Of a DNA stretch of 64,000 nt, positions 1 to 13,271 are shown piece after piece. Position numbers and translations under genes: made by a program. Source of the stretch: Macrostomum lignano (taxonomy: Eukaryota); the NCBI GenBank assembly GCA_002269645.1, contig NIVC01001914.1:158287-222286 (forward strand). Reading direction: 5' to 3'. Within the stretch, counting starts at the first letter, position 1. Each line of letters begins with the position of its first letter. Under the pieces are notes generated by a model that saw only the letters and a program-made list of their open reading frames with translations, did not search any database and was not told the DNA's origin.

Positions 1-3000
1 CCCCAGCTGTGTCTAACAGGTGCCCCCGGCTGTGTCTAACAGGTGCGGCCCCCCGGCTGTGTCTAACAGGTGCGGCCCCCCGGCTGTGTCTAACAGGTGC
101 CCCCCGGCTGTGTCTAACAGCTGCCCCCCCGGCTGTGTCTAACAGGTGCCCCCGGCTGTGTCTAACAGGTGCCCCCCGGCTGTGTCTAACAGGTGCCCCC
201 CGGCTGTGTCTAACAGCTGCCCCCCCCCGGCTGTGTCTAACAGGTGCCCCCGGCTGTGTCTAACAGGTGCCCCCGGCTGTGTCTAACAGGTGCGGCCCCC
301 GGCTGTGTCTAACAGGTGCCCCCGGCTGTGTCTAACAGGTGCGGCCCCCCGGCTGTGTCTAACAGGTGCCCCCGGCTGTGTCTAACAGGTGCCCCCCAGC
401 TGTCTAACAGGTGCCCCCCAGCTGTGTCTAACAGGTGCCCCCGGCTGTGTCTAACAGGTGCCCCCGGCTGTGTCTAACAGGTGCCCCCCGGCTGTGTCTA
501 ACAGCTGCCCCCCCGGCTGTGTCTAACAGCTGCCCCCGGCTGTGTCTAACAGGTGCCCCCCGGCTGTGTCTAACAGGTGCCCCCGGCTGTGTCTAACAGC
601 TGCCCCCCGGCTGTGTCTAACAGGTGCCCCCGGCTGTGTCTAACAGGTGCCCCCGGCTGTGTCTAACAGCTGCCCCCCCCCCCGGCTGTGTCTAACAGGT
701 GCCCCCGGCTGTGTCTAACAGGTGCGGCCCCCCGGCTGTGTCTAACAGGTGCCCCCCGGCTGTGTCTAACAGCTGCCCCGGCTGTGTCTAACAGGTGCCC
801 CCCGGCTGTGTCTAACAGCTGCCCCCCCCGGCTATGTCTAACAGGTGCCCCCGGCTGTGTCTAACAGGTGCCCCCGGCTGTGTCTAACAGCTGCCCCCCG
901 GCTGTGTCTAACAGGTGCCCCGGCTGTGTCTAACAGGTGCCCCCCGGCTGTGTCTAACAGGTGCCCCCGGCTGTGCCTAACAGCTGCCCCCCCGGCTGTG
1001 TCTAACAGGTGCCCCCCAGCTGTGTCTAACAGGTGCCCCGGCTGTGTCGAACAGGTGCCCCCGGCTGTGTCTAACAGCTGCCCCCCCGGCTGTGTCTAAC
1101 AGGTGCCCCCCCCGGCTGTGTCTAACAGGTGCCCCGGCTGTGTCTAACAGCTGCCCCCCGGCTGTGTCTAACAGGTGCCCCCCGGCTGTGTCTAACAGCT
1201 GCCCCCCGGCTGTGTCTAACAGGTGCCCCCCGGCTGTGTCTAACAGCTGCCCCCCGGCTGTGTCTAACAGGTGCCCCCCAGCTGTGTCTAACAGGTGCCC
1301 CCGGCTGTGTCTAACAGGTGCGGCCCCCCGGCTGTGTCTAACAGGTGCCCCCGGCTGTGTCTAACAGCTGCCCCCCGGCTGTGTCTAACAGGTGCCCCCG
1401 GCTGTGTCTAACAGGTGCGGCCCCCGGCTGTGTCTAACAGGTGCCCCGGCTGTGTCTAACAGGTGCCCCCGGCTGTGTCTAACAGCTGCCCCCCGGCTGT
1501 GTCTAACAGGTGCCCCCCGGCTGTGTCTAACAGGTGCCCCCGGCTGTGTCTAACAGCTGCCCCCGGCTGTGTCTAACAGCTGCCCCCCGGCTGTGTCTAA
1601 CAGGTGCCCCCGGCTGTGTCTAACAGGTGCCCCCGGCTGTGTCTAACAGGTGCCCCCCAGCTGTCTAACAGGTGCCCCCCAGCTGTGTCTAACAGGTGCC
1701 CCCGGCTGTGTCTAACAGGTGCGGCCCCCGGCTGTGTCTAACAGGTGCCCCCCGGCTGTGTCTAACAGGTGCCCCCAGCTGACTAACAGGTGCCCCCAGC
1801 TGTGTCTAACAGGTGCCCCCGGCTGTGTCTAACAGGTGCGGCCCCCGGCTGTGTCTAACAGGTGCGGCCCCCCGGCTGTGTCTAACAGGTGCCCCCGGCT
1901 GTGTCTAACAGCTGCCCCCCCGGCTGTGTCTAACAGCTGCCCCCGGCTGTGTCTAACAGGTGCCCCCCGGCTGTGTCTAACAGGTGCCCCCGGCTGTGTC
2001 TAACAGCTGCCCCCCCCGGCTGTGTCTAACAGGTGCCCCGGCTGTGTCTAACAGGTGCCCCCGGCTGTGTCTAACAGCTGCCCCCCCCCGGCTGTGTCTA
2101 ACAGGTGCCCCGGCTGTGTCTAACAGGTGCGGCCCCCGGCTGTGTCTAACAGGTGCCCCCGGCTGTGTCTAACAGCTGCCCCCCCCGGCTGTGTCTAACA
2201 GGTGCCCCCGGCTGTGTCTAACAGGTGCCCCCGGCTGTGTCTAACAGGTGCCCCCCGGCTGTGTCTAACAGGTGCCCCCCGGCTGTGTCTAACAGCTGCC
2301 CCCCCGGCTGTGTCTAACAGGTGCCCCCCCCCCGGCTGTGTCTAACAGGTGCCCCCGGCTGTGTCTAACAGGTGCCCCCCGGCTGTGTCTAACAGGTGCC
2401 CCCGGCTGTGTCTAACAGCTGCCCCCCGGCTGTGTCTAACAGGTGCCCCCGGCTGTGTCTAACAGCTGCCCCCCGGCTGTGTCTAACAGGTGCCCCCCAG
2501 CTGTGTCTAACAGGTGCCCCCCGGCTGTGTCTAACAGGTGCGGCCCCCGGCTGTGTCTAACAGGTGCCCCCGGCTGTGTCTAACAGCTGCCCCCCGGCTG
2601 TGTCTAACAGGTGCCCCCGGCTGTGTCTAACAGGGCGGCCCCCGGCTGTGTCTAACAGGTGCCCCCGGCTGTGTCTAACAGGTGCCCCCGGCTGTGTCTA
2701 ACAGCTGCCCCCCGGCTGTGTCTAACAGGTGCCCCCCGGCTGTGTCTAACAGGTGCCCCCGGCTGTGTCTAACAGCTGCCCCCCGGCTGTGTCTAACAGG
2801 TGCCCCCGGCTGTGTCTAACAGGTGCCCCCCAACTGTGTCTAACAGCTGCCCCCCGGCTGTGTCTAACAGGTGCCCCCGGCTGTGTCTAACAGCTGCCCC
2901 CCGGCTGTGTCTAACAGGTGCCCCCGGCTGTGTCTAACAGCTGCCCCCCGGCTGTGTCTAACAGGTGCCCCCGGCTGTGTCTAACAGCTGCCCCCCCGGC

Positions 3001-5180
3001 TGTGTCTAACAGGTGCCCCCTGGCTGTGTCTAACAGGTGCCCCCGGCTGTGTCTAACAGGTGCCCCCCAGCTGTCTAACACGTGCCCCCCAGCTGTGTCT
3101 AACAGGTGCCCCCGGCTGTGTCTAACAGGTGCGGCCCCCCGGCTGTGTCTAACAGGTGCCCCCGGCTGTGTCTAACAGCTGCCCCCGGCTGTGTCTAACA
3201 GGTGCCCCCCAGCTGTGTCTAACAGGTGCCCCCGGCTGTGTCTAACAGGTGCGGCCCCCGGCTGTGTCTAACAGGTGCCCCCGGCTGTGTCTAACAGGTG
3301 CCCCTCCGGCTGTGTCTAACAGCTGCCCCCCCCCCGGCTGTGTCTAACAGCTGCCCCCCGGCTGTGTCTAACAGGTGCCCCCCGGCTGTGTCTAACAGGT
3401 GCCCCCGGCTGTGTCTAACAGGTGCCCCCGGCTGTGTCTAACAGGTGCCCCCGGCTGTGTCTAACAGGTGCCCCCGGCTGTGTCTAACAGCTGCCCCCAC
3501 CCGGCTGTGTCTAACAGGTGCCCCCGGCTGTGTCTAACAGGTGCGGCCCCCGGCTGTGTCTAACAGGTGCCCCCGGCTGTGTCTAACAGCTGCCCCCGGC
3601 TGTGTCTAACAGGTGCCCCCCGGCTGTGTCTAACAGGTGCCCCCGGCTGTGTCTAACAGGTGCCCCCGGCTGTGTCTAACAGGTGCCCCCGGCTGTGTCT
3701 AACAGCTGCCCCCGGCTGTGTCTAACAGCTGCCCCCCGGCTGTGGTAACAGGTGCCCCCGGCTGTGTCTAACAGGTGCGGCCCCCGGCTGTGTCTAACAG
3801 GTGCCCCCGGCTGTGTCTAACAGCTGCCCTCCCGGCTGTGTCTAACAGGTGCCCCCCCGGCTGTGTCTAACAGGTGCCCCCGGCTGTGTCTAACAGGTGC
3901 CCCCGGCTGTGTCTAACAGCTGCCCCCCCCGGCTGTGTCTAACAGGTGCCCCCGGCTGTGTCTAACAGCTGCCCCCCGGCTGTGTCTAACAGGTGCCCCC
4001 GGCTGTGTCTAACAGGTGCCCCCGGCTGTGTCTAACAGCTGCCCCCCCCGGCTGTGTCTTACAGGTGCCCCCGGCTGTGTCTAACAGGTGCCCCCCGGCT
4101 GTGTCTAACAGCTGCCCCCCGGCTGTGTCTAACAGCTGCCCCCGGCTGTGTCTAACAGCTGCCCCCCCGGCTGTGTCTAACAGGTACCCCCCGGCTGTGT
4201 CTAACAGCTGCCCCCCCGGCTGTGTCTAACAGCTGCCCCCGGCTGTGTCTAACAGGTGCCCCCCGGCTGTGTCTAACACAGGTGCCCCCGGCTGTGTCTA
4301 ACAGCTGCCCCCCGGCTGTGTCTAACAGGTGCCCCCGGCTGTGTCTAACAGCTGCCCCCCCGGCTGTGTCTAACAGGTGCCCCCGGCTGTGTCTAACAGC
4401 TGCCCCCCCGGCTGTGTCTAACAGGTGCCCCCCGGCTGTGTCTAACAGCTGCCCCCCCCGGCTGTGTCTAACAGGTGCGGCCCCCCGGCTGTGTCTAACA
4501 GCTGCCCCCGGCTGTGTCTAACAGGTGCCCCCGGCTGTGTCTAACAGGTGCCCCCGGCTGTGTCTAACAGCTGCCCCCCGGCTGTGTCTAACAGGTGCCC
4601 CCGGCTGTGTCTAACAGGTGCGGCCCCCCGGCTGTGTCTAACAGGTGCCCCCGGCTGTGTCTAACAGGTGCCCCCCCGGCTGTGTCTAACAGGTGCCCCC
4701 GGCTGTGTCTAACAGCTGCCCCCCCGGCTGTGTCTAACAGGTGCCCCCGGCTGTGTCTAACAGGTGCCCCCGGCTGTGTCTAGCAGCTGCCCCCGGCTGT
4801 GTCTAACAGGTGCCCCCGGCTGTGTCTAACAGGTGCCCCCCTGTGTCTAACAGGTGCCCCCCGGCTGTGTCTAACAGGTGCTGTGTCTAACAGCTGCTCC
4901 AGTTGTGTCCAACAGGTTCCCAATTGTGTCTAACAGTTACCTCTCAGCTGACGTGTCTAAAAGCTGCCCCCAGTTGTGTATAACAGTTGCCCCGGCTATG
5001 TCTAACAGGTACCTCCCAGCTGTGTCTAAGAGGTGCCCCGGCTGCAGTCTCTAACATGTACAGTTGCCCCGGCTGTGTCTATAAACAGGTGCCCCAGTTG
5101 TGTCTAACAGGTGCCAACTAACTGCCTAACAGATACGCCAGCTGTGTCTAACAGATGTTCAGGCTACAATTGTCTAACAC
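1..5180. repeat. Minisatellite, ~22-26 bp unit GGCTGTGTCTAACAG(G/C)TG(CGG)Cn, ~200 copies; runs off the window start
   Basis: Directly visible. Homogeneous to ~4860, progressively degenerate to ~5180. Unit length varies through the C-run. Confidence 0.98.
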
Positions 5181-6289
5181 AAAAAAGCTCAAAAAACGGT
5201 GGCAAAAGCTGCCACTAATCCATATCTTAAAGCACAATTGACAGCCAATAACTTACACTTCTCGGCAGCAAAGTCTACTTCTACACACTCGATTCTCTTG
5301 AGAAGACACAGTTAGATAAGCTTAAAACCTGCTCTTAGATACAGGCCACAAGTAGGAAGAGCTGCGTTGCTAAGAATGTGTGGCCTTCGAATAGAGCTCA
5401 GAGAGAGCGGGTTGGTGCACACAATTGCAAACCTTTTTTGGCCACTTTGCGGTGTACATGTACTCACAATTTGATAGCGCAATGTGGTCAAAGGACTCAA
5501 GACAGCAACTAAATGTACATTTGAATGCACAGCGAATTTTGTCTCATTATGCATGATGCATAGCTGCTTTAATTGCTGCGTTGTGTAGAATTCGAGTACT
5601 TCAACTAGACAATTGCTGCACTGCAGTAATAATTAAAATAGTAATTCTATTCAGAAATTAAACTGCTTTTCCTTTACCACATCGTTCCACGTAGCTTCGT
5701 TAACAGACGATTTTTCTCACTTTTTTATCTTTAAAATTTTAAGAGAATAATCAAAGACTTCTACTGACAGTAGGATAAACAGTAAGTATATCGTACTTTT
5801 TTAGAAAATAACAACAAATTGGCCGAGAAAAGCACTGGCAGCAATTGAACAGTTTTATTTACAAAAAACACAATTAAAAGTACAATTGAAAATGCCGCAA
5901 TAAAAACAATAAAACAAAAATAAAAAACACATTGCAATGCAGTTTCATTCTAATGGCTTTTCGAGCAATATTAATAATTAACCAATAAAAGAAAGCATTT
6001 CGAACTTCGTTAAATTCTAGCGCTTTATATGGTTTTCAATGCGAATTCGAGAATTTAAACATATTTCCTCATATACTTATAGTAGTAAGTCGTGAGCATG
6101 ATCAAATCAGTCCCGAATAGCTGACGGAAAACGATGATAAAATAATTAATAATAGACAATAAAAATAACAGTATGAAAATAAAGCCAAATTACAGTATTA
6201 TAAAGCCATATATTGAGTTACTGCAGAGGTGAAGACGTGAAAATGAAAACAATGGGGTTTTGAGGATTTGAGATAATTTATTGAGGAAT

Positions 6290-7435
6290 TAGGATTATTG
6301 ATTGGGATTTGGGATTGTTGACTGGGGATTTGGGATTTGGAATTATTGATGGGGATTTGGGATTGTTGACTGGGGATTTGGGATTTGGAATTATTGATGG
6401 GGATTTGGGATTATTGATGGGTGGGGATTTGGCATTGTTGATTGGGGATTAGGGATTGTTGATTGGGGATTGGGGATTGTTGATTGGGGATTTGGCATTG
6501 TTGATTGGGGATTTAAGATTTGGAATTATTGATGGGGATTTGGAATTATTGATGGGGATTTGGGATTATTGATGGGTGGGGATTTGGAATTGTTGATTGG
6601 GGATTAGGGATTGTTGATTGGGGATTGGGGATTGTTGATTGGGGATTTGGCATTGTTGATTGGGGATTTAAGATTTGGAATTATTGATGGGGATTTGGGA
6701 TTATTGATGGGTGGGGATTTGGAATTGTTGATTGGGGATTAGGGATTGTTGATTGGGGATTTAGCATTGTTGATTGGGGATTGGGGATTGTTGATTGGGG
6801 ATTAGGGATTGTTGATTGGGGATTTAGCATTGTTGATTGGGGATTAGGGATTGTTGATTGGGGATTAGGGATTGTTGATTGGGGATTAGGGATTGTTGAT
6901 TGGGGATTAGGGATTGTTGATTGGGGATTTGGCATTGTTGATTGGGGATTAGGCATTGTTGATTGGGGATTAGGGATTTTTGATTGGGGATTTGGCATTG
7001 TTGATTGGGGATTAGGGATTGTTGATTGGGGATTTAGCATTGTTGATTGGGGATTAGGGATTGTTGATTGGGGATTAGGGATTGTTGATTGGGGATTTAG
7101 CATTGTTGATTGGGGATTAGGGATTGTTGATTGGGGATTAGGGATTGTTGATTGGGGATTTAGCATTGTTGATTGGGGATTAGGGATTGTTGATTGGGGA
7201 TTTAGCATTGTTGATTGGGGATTAGGGATTGTTGATTGGGGATTTGGGATTATTGATGGGTGGGGATTTGGCATTGTTGATTGGAGATTAGGGATTGTTG
7301 ATTGGGGATTTGGCATTGTTGATTGGGGATTAGGGATTGTTGATTGGGGATTAGGGATTGTTGATTGGGGATTAGGGATTGTTGATTGGGGATTTGGGAT
7401 TGTTGATAGGGGATTTGGGATTGTTGATTGGGGAT
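6290..7435. repeat. G-rich 21-bp minisatellite GATTGTTGATTGGGGATTAGG
   Basis: Directly visible tandem array; many units contain TTAGGG. Confidence 0.97.
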
Positions 7436-7955
7436 CATTTCGGACTCTAATCTGGAGATTAAAGTTTTTAGTCTCTCCGCATGGGATTTGACGTTGTTGG
7501 GATCATAAAGTTAAAATGATTGATTGGGATTTGGGAATAGAATAAAAATGGAAGTGAGCGACCTGCACTTTCAATTCAAACAAAATGCGCGGAGAAATAA
7601 AAATGAATTAAATTAAGAGATAAAGTTAGTTAAGACCAGTCAGTTCTCACTCTGCTGCTCACCGATCTGCAGCCGAAGATGCCGCAGGCGAATCTCCATC
7701 ATAAGATCCTCTTCATCGTCGACCTCGCCGCCGTGGCGCCAAGCCGCAGTGTCGGGCGCCAGTTTTCGAGCTGACAGCGGCGCCTCCTGCGGCCGGCGGC
7801 GGCATGGATTCGGCTGGCTCGAATTCGAGTTCGAATGAAGCACTGGCTGAGCTCGGAGCCGATGGGACTCTGCGTTGAGTGTGCAGAGAGGGGATGAGGT
7901 GTCGTATCGAATAGAGCAAAAGTTGGCGCCAAATCCAGACGAAGAAAATCTGGCG

Positions 7956-9359
7956 CTAAATAAAAATGAACAAAGATGCAAAAGCAGCGAACTCACCAGA
8001 CTCAAATATCTGCAGGTTCCTCAGCAGGTCAGAAGACGGCAGAACTGGCTTAGTGGGTCGAAGCAGCAGAGCCGCTGGTCGAATACGCAGCTGCTTCCGC
8101 TGCTGCTCGGAATTCGCCGGCTGCCGGAGTTCAGGCGAGCGCGGGCCCGAGCGAGCGTTAGCCATGACGAACTGCTTCGGCGAATTCAAATAGAATGGCA
8201 GCTCTGGACAATTAGCCTTTGGCCAACTAAGCCGAACTCGTTGCCATAGCGACAAAAGCTGTGGCATGTTTTTCTGCGAAAGCAGCCATTTTACATCGAA
8301 TAGTGCAGCAATATTCGATTCGTGCGTCTCCAAAGAAATCTTCTGGCCGACAAAGAATCGTTTGAAATAAGCCGAATCGCTGAATGCGGCATTCGAGCTG
8401 CCGAATGCATCGCCGATGTTGCACTTGATTCGAACTTTGTAGACATCCTCGAGGATTTGAATAGCGTTTGAGTCGGTCAGATTCTCAGACACTGTGTTGG
8501 AAGCGATCAGCATGCTGATTGGCAGCGAGTTGGTCAGCAGAATCTTCGTCTTCAGAACCTTCATCGGATCCTGGCTAGAAATTTCCACAACGGAGTCGTC
8601 TTTCAGCTCGATAGTGACACCGATATCTTTGAAAAATGCATGCACAGCGGCGGCTGGCGTGGAGGATTCAATGCTGGACAGTTGGAAGCTCTTTGGAATC
8701 GCTCCGTTGACAGTCTGGACTACCTGGTTCCAGTGATTGATGGGAATGCGATCCGCAGTGTAGAGCTTCGACATTGGCTGGTTGAACTTGCGAACTAGGC
8801 TCTCCTGAATGAGATTGGCAACAAAGACAACCTTAGAGCCGCTCTCTATGATGCCGCGGAGCACAAAAGTGGCGGGAGCTTCCTTCTCGACGGAAATAGA
8901 GATTGATTCGTAGCAAGCAATGGAAGCTATTCGACTAAGCTCGTTTGCGATGGCATCCGAAATCGATTGCAGACTAGGAAATACCATGCGGATGATGACT
9001 AGCTGGTTTCGTCGGATGTTTTGCACCGACGCGGTCAGAACCTCGGCCAGACGATCTTCCGCTTCTGGAGGGCATGGCTCGCGTTTTAAATCGAGCTCGG
9101 CCGGAGTGATGACAACCTCGTCTGATCGCGACATGCCAGGCGTATCAGCAGATGATGAACTAGAGTCGCTCTGGATAAAAGCATCTTCCGAATTGCCTTT
9201 TAACTTTCGGCCTTTGTTGACAACTTCTGGAAAGTTGATCAGGGTCTTGGATGCCACCTGAAGCTTCTTATGGAAGCTACCCTTTTTCCCAATGAGATGA
9301 CTGTGGTCGTCTCTAGACACGTTGATGCGCATAATGGGTCCTTTCAGTAGATGATACAT
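7956..9359 (-). CDS. Divergent KH-domain RNA-binding protein, Bicaudal-C/GLD-3-like; probable 41-nt intron 7996-7956 and a last exon ending at 7699 (or 7640)
   Basis: 467-aa ORF. N-terminal MRINVSRDDHSHLIGKKGSFHKKLQVASKTLINFPE resembles BicC KH1 (remembered as MDVSHTEHSHVIGKGGNNIKKVMEETGCHIHFPD), including the GxxG loop. GTGAGT...TTTAG brackets 7996-7956. No SAM domain seen. Confidence 0.7.
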   Translation of the reverse strand: MYHLLKGPIMRINVSRDDHSHLIGKKGSFHKKLQVASKTLINFPEVVNKGRKLKGNSEDAFIQSDSSSSSADTPGMSRSDEVVITPAELDLKREPCPPEAEDRLAEVLTASVQNIRRNQLVIIRMVFPSLQSISDAIANELSRIASIACYESISISVEKEAPATFVLRGIIESGSKVVFVANLIQESLVRKFNQPMSKLYTADRIPINHWNQVVQTVNGAIPKSFQLSSIESSTPAAAVHAFFKDIGVTIELKDDSVVEISSQDPMKVLKTKILLTNSLPISMLIASNTVSENLTDSNAIQILEDVYKVRIKCNIGDAFGSSNAAFSDSAYFKRFFVGQKISLETHESNIAALFDVKWLLSQKNMPQLLSLWQRVRLSWPKANCPELPFYLNSPKQFVMANARSGPRSPELRQPANSEQQRKQLRIRPAALLLRPTKPVLPSSDLLRNLQIFESGEFAAFASLFIFI

Positions 9360-9504
9360 TGTTAAAGTTTTTAGTAGAAAAGCAGAAATAAAATCAGAGC
9401 AAAGAAAATAACGGAGTTATTTTCAAGCGGCTGGCGCTCTAAAAAGTTATTAGTATATAAGGAGATAAACTAATGGCTGGAACCAGTTAGGACGCCAGGC
9501 GGAA

Positions 9505-9600
9505 TCCTATTGGCTGAAACCGCTCAACTACTCATGATTGGTCGAGGGCTAGACGGGGGTTCGTGTTTGCGGTGCAGAGGGAGGGGCAGGGAGGGGAGGG
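9505..9600 (-). promoter_or_regulatory. Probable promoter of the KH gene: two CCAAT boxes (9509, 9537) plus GC/GA-box-like tract
   Basis: ATTGG at 9509-9513 and 9537-9541 and GGGAGGGGCAGGGAGGGG, 150-240 nt upstream of the ATG at 9359. Confidence 0.4.
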
Positions 9601-10525
9601 CTTGTGGTCTGGCCTAAGGGTGTAGGGAAGAACGATTCAACGTTTAACTTATTCCCAATATTCCCAATCGTTTTTAAAAGGCAGTGTTAAACCATACGTG
9701 CTTAATGTTAATGGGATAATTATTTCGAATATGCTTTTTACCATTGAAATGAATTTGCTTGTATCCATTATGCAAGTTTATGCACCCATTTGCAGGGAAT
9801 TTTTAATGCGAAGAAAAATTAATAACAAATTCTGAAAACTGAAAATCCTGAAATACCATTTTCACGAGGTTCTTGTATAGTTTTAAAAACGGAATTCCCT
9901 TTTGCCGAAATGAAAACGTGTTTTGCCGTCTAGTTTATTTTTGCGATTTACTTCTGCTGGTGGAAGGACGGACTTTTACTGTTCTTGTTGTTGTTCAGCA
10001 TTCGCGAAATCATTACATATAATTCCAAAATGTTAAAGCGCATACGAAATTGATTATTTCTCACAGCAAGCACGCAACTATACAAGATCTTTCAACTAAA
10101 TAATACTACGAATTACGATACAAATAATTTAACAAGTATGCATGAACTGAGAAAACTGAACTGAGAGCAAGAGTTGATGACAACGTTAGCAACTAAAAAT
10201 CTATTTAACCAAAATCGCCATGCATTGAGACAGTTCACATTCATTTAAATAGGGGCATATTAAAACAAGTAAAATATAAGTGCTTTTTGAAAGTAGAAGA
10301 TTAGCCTAATAAAACAAAATCTAGAATGGCTCAAAACATATACAGTACAGATAGGATAAAATCATGTAACTCGTATAACTCATATTTTAGACGCAAAAAA
10401 TAGTTATCTAAACTGAAAAATACTTATAGGATGTTGCAATTGTATAATTGCAAGTCACTGCACTGAATATGCTGATGATCCATCAGAAATTGCGGCAAAG
10501 AGTGCAGCAATTTAGAAGGCAGGCT

Positions 10526-11003
10526 TTAACTATTCTTAACAGCTTCGTGGTTGTAAGGACACTGAAATTTATTCGTCAAAATATTTAGGATTTTAAATGA
10601 AAATCATGGTATACACTTGAATTTAATAAAGATTGTAGAATGTACTTACATGTCTACACAAGTGTCCACAGCAATGTCCACGTTTCTTGTGGGCAAGTTC
10701 AGTAAATACTCGATAACCAGTCGCGGGGTCAATGTAGGTATCTTCGCCGCGGTCAACCGCACATTTATGAGCCTGCTGCACTTCTGGCGGAAGCGCAGCC
10801 TGCGCTGTTGTTGAGGTTTTGCAATTTGAAGCACTAGGACTAGTGTCACCATCCATGATTTCGCTGTTAGATTTCAGGCCGCATGTGAATTGAAGCTGAA
10901 CAGTTTTTAGCGAACCCCCAGGACAAATAATTAAGCGAGAGCCTTGAAAGTAACGAGCATAAATGTTGGTTGCTTTCTGCAAAGCATCCAATCTTGGGAT
11001 CAT
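10526..11003 (-). CDS. C1orf53: C1orf53/DUF5522-like small protein; exons 11003-10650 and 10561-10526 (true 5' end uncertain)
   Basis: HKCAVDRGEDTYIDPATGYRVFTELAHKKRGHCCGHLCRH, then GTAAGT donor, then TTTCAG acceptor giving CPYNHEAVKNS*. This completes the family CCxxxCRHCPY motif. Confidence 0.8.
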
Positions 11004-11419
11004 GCAAATAAAAAATAAATAAACTGGTAAAGAATGAATATAATAGATGTTTCATTTAGGTAGGTCGGACCATTGTACCAGCTCTAGCCTGTAGTGGGTC
11101 TCTAAAACCTACAAAGGCAATTAAATTACGAAAGGTGGCTTAAAATAAAGACACAAAACGGTTTATCAATATTAGTGCAACTGCACGGCATAATCTAAAA
11201 GAGCTGGGACAAAGTGGCGCCACTTGCGCTAGTAAACACGGTTTTATTGCCTCTCCTGAAAGTAGAGACCCCAGTCTGCTAGTAGTCATAAAATTTCAAG
11301 ACAACCGCCCCCAGCCCCGATAAGTAGCGCAATATTCAAAACAAGTCTGAGGTCACGTGAGGCGGGTAGGAGGCTTGGCTGTCCCGACTTGGGGTTTGTT
11401 TTGGTTGAAACTTTCTCAC

Positions 11420-11460
11420 ACTTTGGCTCGCGCTCCGATTGGTCAAATTGGCGGAGCAAA
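11420..11460 (-). promoter_or_regulatory. CCAAT-box cluster upstream of the C1orf53-like gene
   Basis: TTGGCTCGCGCTCCGATTGGTCAAATTGGCGG in a locally CpG-rich patch. Confidence 0.35.
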
Positions 11461-13271
11461 CCTCGGCCGTAGCGTCATAAAACTTTCAACACGAAACCAA
11501 AAGTCAAACCAAATAACCAAAACGTTGAATTGGTTCATAAAAACAACTTTATTTGACTAATTAATTGATTAGTAATTATAATGGCTTCGCAAAGGCTAGA
11601 CAGACAGGCGCACCAGTAATAATACAACACGATTCCTTGAATTTCCCACGACCAACAAAACAACTTTATCTTTTGATAACAAATGCGTGGTGGGTGGGGC
11701 GATTAAATCTCAGCTGATGCCCGCCTCTTGAGGCCCTAGTGGGGGCGGCACCTACATACAAAACTTATTCAATAAAGCTAGGGACTCCCTACTTAATTTT
11801 CATATCGCATCATCACACTAATTATTTTCACAAGACTGAAGTTATGAATCTAATGAAGATTTATGAAAGTGCTGCGCTGATTGCCATATAAGGAGATATA
11901 ATCATGTTTAAGACTCAAAATGGTATACATGCTAACATTGCGAAAAGGTGGTCAATACAAACTAATCTGCACAATAATCGTCCCTGAGACTGAGCTAATA
12001 TAAGAACCACGGGGCCCTACTGTACAGTCCAGTCACTGTATGAAAGCGTCGTTATTGCTTCTAAGTCTGTTATAATCTTACTTGGTTACCTAAAGTGGTA
12101 CAATGCAAATATTTTCTAAACAAAAAGCAAAAGTCGTCAATTATGTAAAAATCAATTAATAGCAAATATATAGCATCATAAAATATGAAATTGCTTTGCA
12201 AATTGCAATTTCAATATATTTAAAATTGGATTGTATTGAAAGCCAGAATATTCACATGTAGAATTACACAATTTAATATATTTACACATTATTTACAAAA
12301 TGTCAGTACACAATAAAAATTTAATACAACTGGAATTAAGTGATGCGTGAATTTTATGTTAATGTCACTATATAAACAGTCAAATAATAAACAAACTAGA
12401 TAGGAGTAGAAATAATTAAGATCAAGATTTAAAACTGCAAACACGATAGTATTAAACCCGTGCTTTTATGTACTTTTAGTGTCTTAAACCCGAAAAATAC
12501 ACCATTAAAAATAAAAAGCTATTAACTAAAAAATCTAAAATGAAAGATCACATATCGGTGTGACTTTGACACAATAAAATTAAATAGTTAAAAAGCTCAA
12601 TGGATAAATTATACCCCTATGTAATTCAATGATGGAGGTGATCAGACAGGAAATATCTTGAATTTTAATTGCAAGAAAGCTGATGATAAATTTACGTTTT
12701 TTAAAATCACATGCGTGTTATTAATAAATTTAATTCGATGAATTCACTGGCAAAAGCGAGACCGGAAAGCAACAACATTGGGCACATTAAAAGAACAAAC
12801 TAAAGTACAAAATGCTCTCAACAGAAGTAGCACAATTGTATAGCATGAATAAACTTGTAACTTTTACGAGCAAAATAATTTTTACAAACGGGTTAAAAAT
12901 ATTCTGCTGGCAGATCTTATGAATCATTTAACATCAACAACCATTAATAAGCAAATAAAATTCAGTTACTCTTTTCTTTTTAAAAATCTAAAAAGGCAAT
13001 AAAAGGCAACGGAAGTCTGCCTCACTTAGTAAAACAAATTGATCATCACACGATTACAGCGCAGGATGCAAATTTGATCAAATTTCTAATAAAAAATCAA
13101 TCGATAATCTCAAAAGACAAATTTCAAAGTCGTGGAACTGGGTTCATTTAACAAAAGTACACACTATACTTAACTTTTTCTGGCACGTTTGGTACTATTT
13201 ATACTACTACAAAGTAGGCACCAAAAGAAAATACACGAATTTTAGTTAGGAATTATTAAAACTTTGAATTT

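Noticed and set aside
1-5180. CRISPR array
   Set aside because: Units are directly adjacent with no unique spacers, there are no cas genes, and the context is eukaryotic. The same applies to every other array.
6681-7491. PNPQSTI / GIVDWGL heptad ORFs
   Set aside because: Translations of the 21-bp array on both strands; no unique coding flanks.
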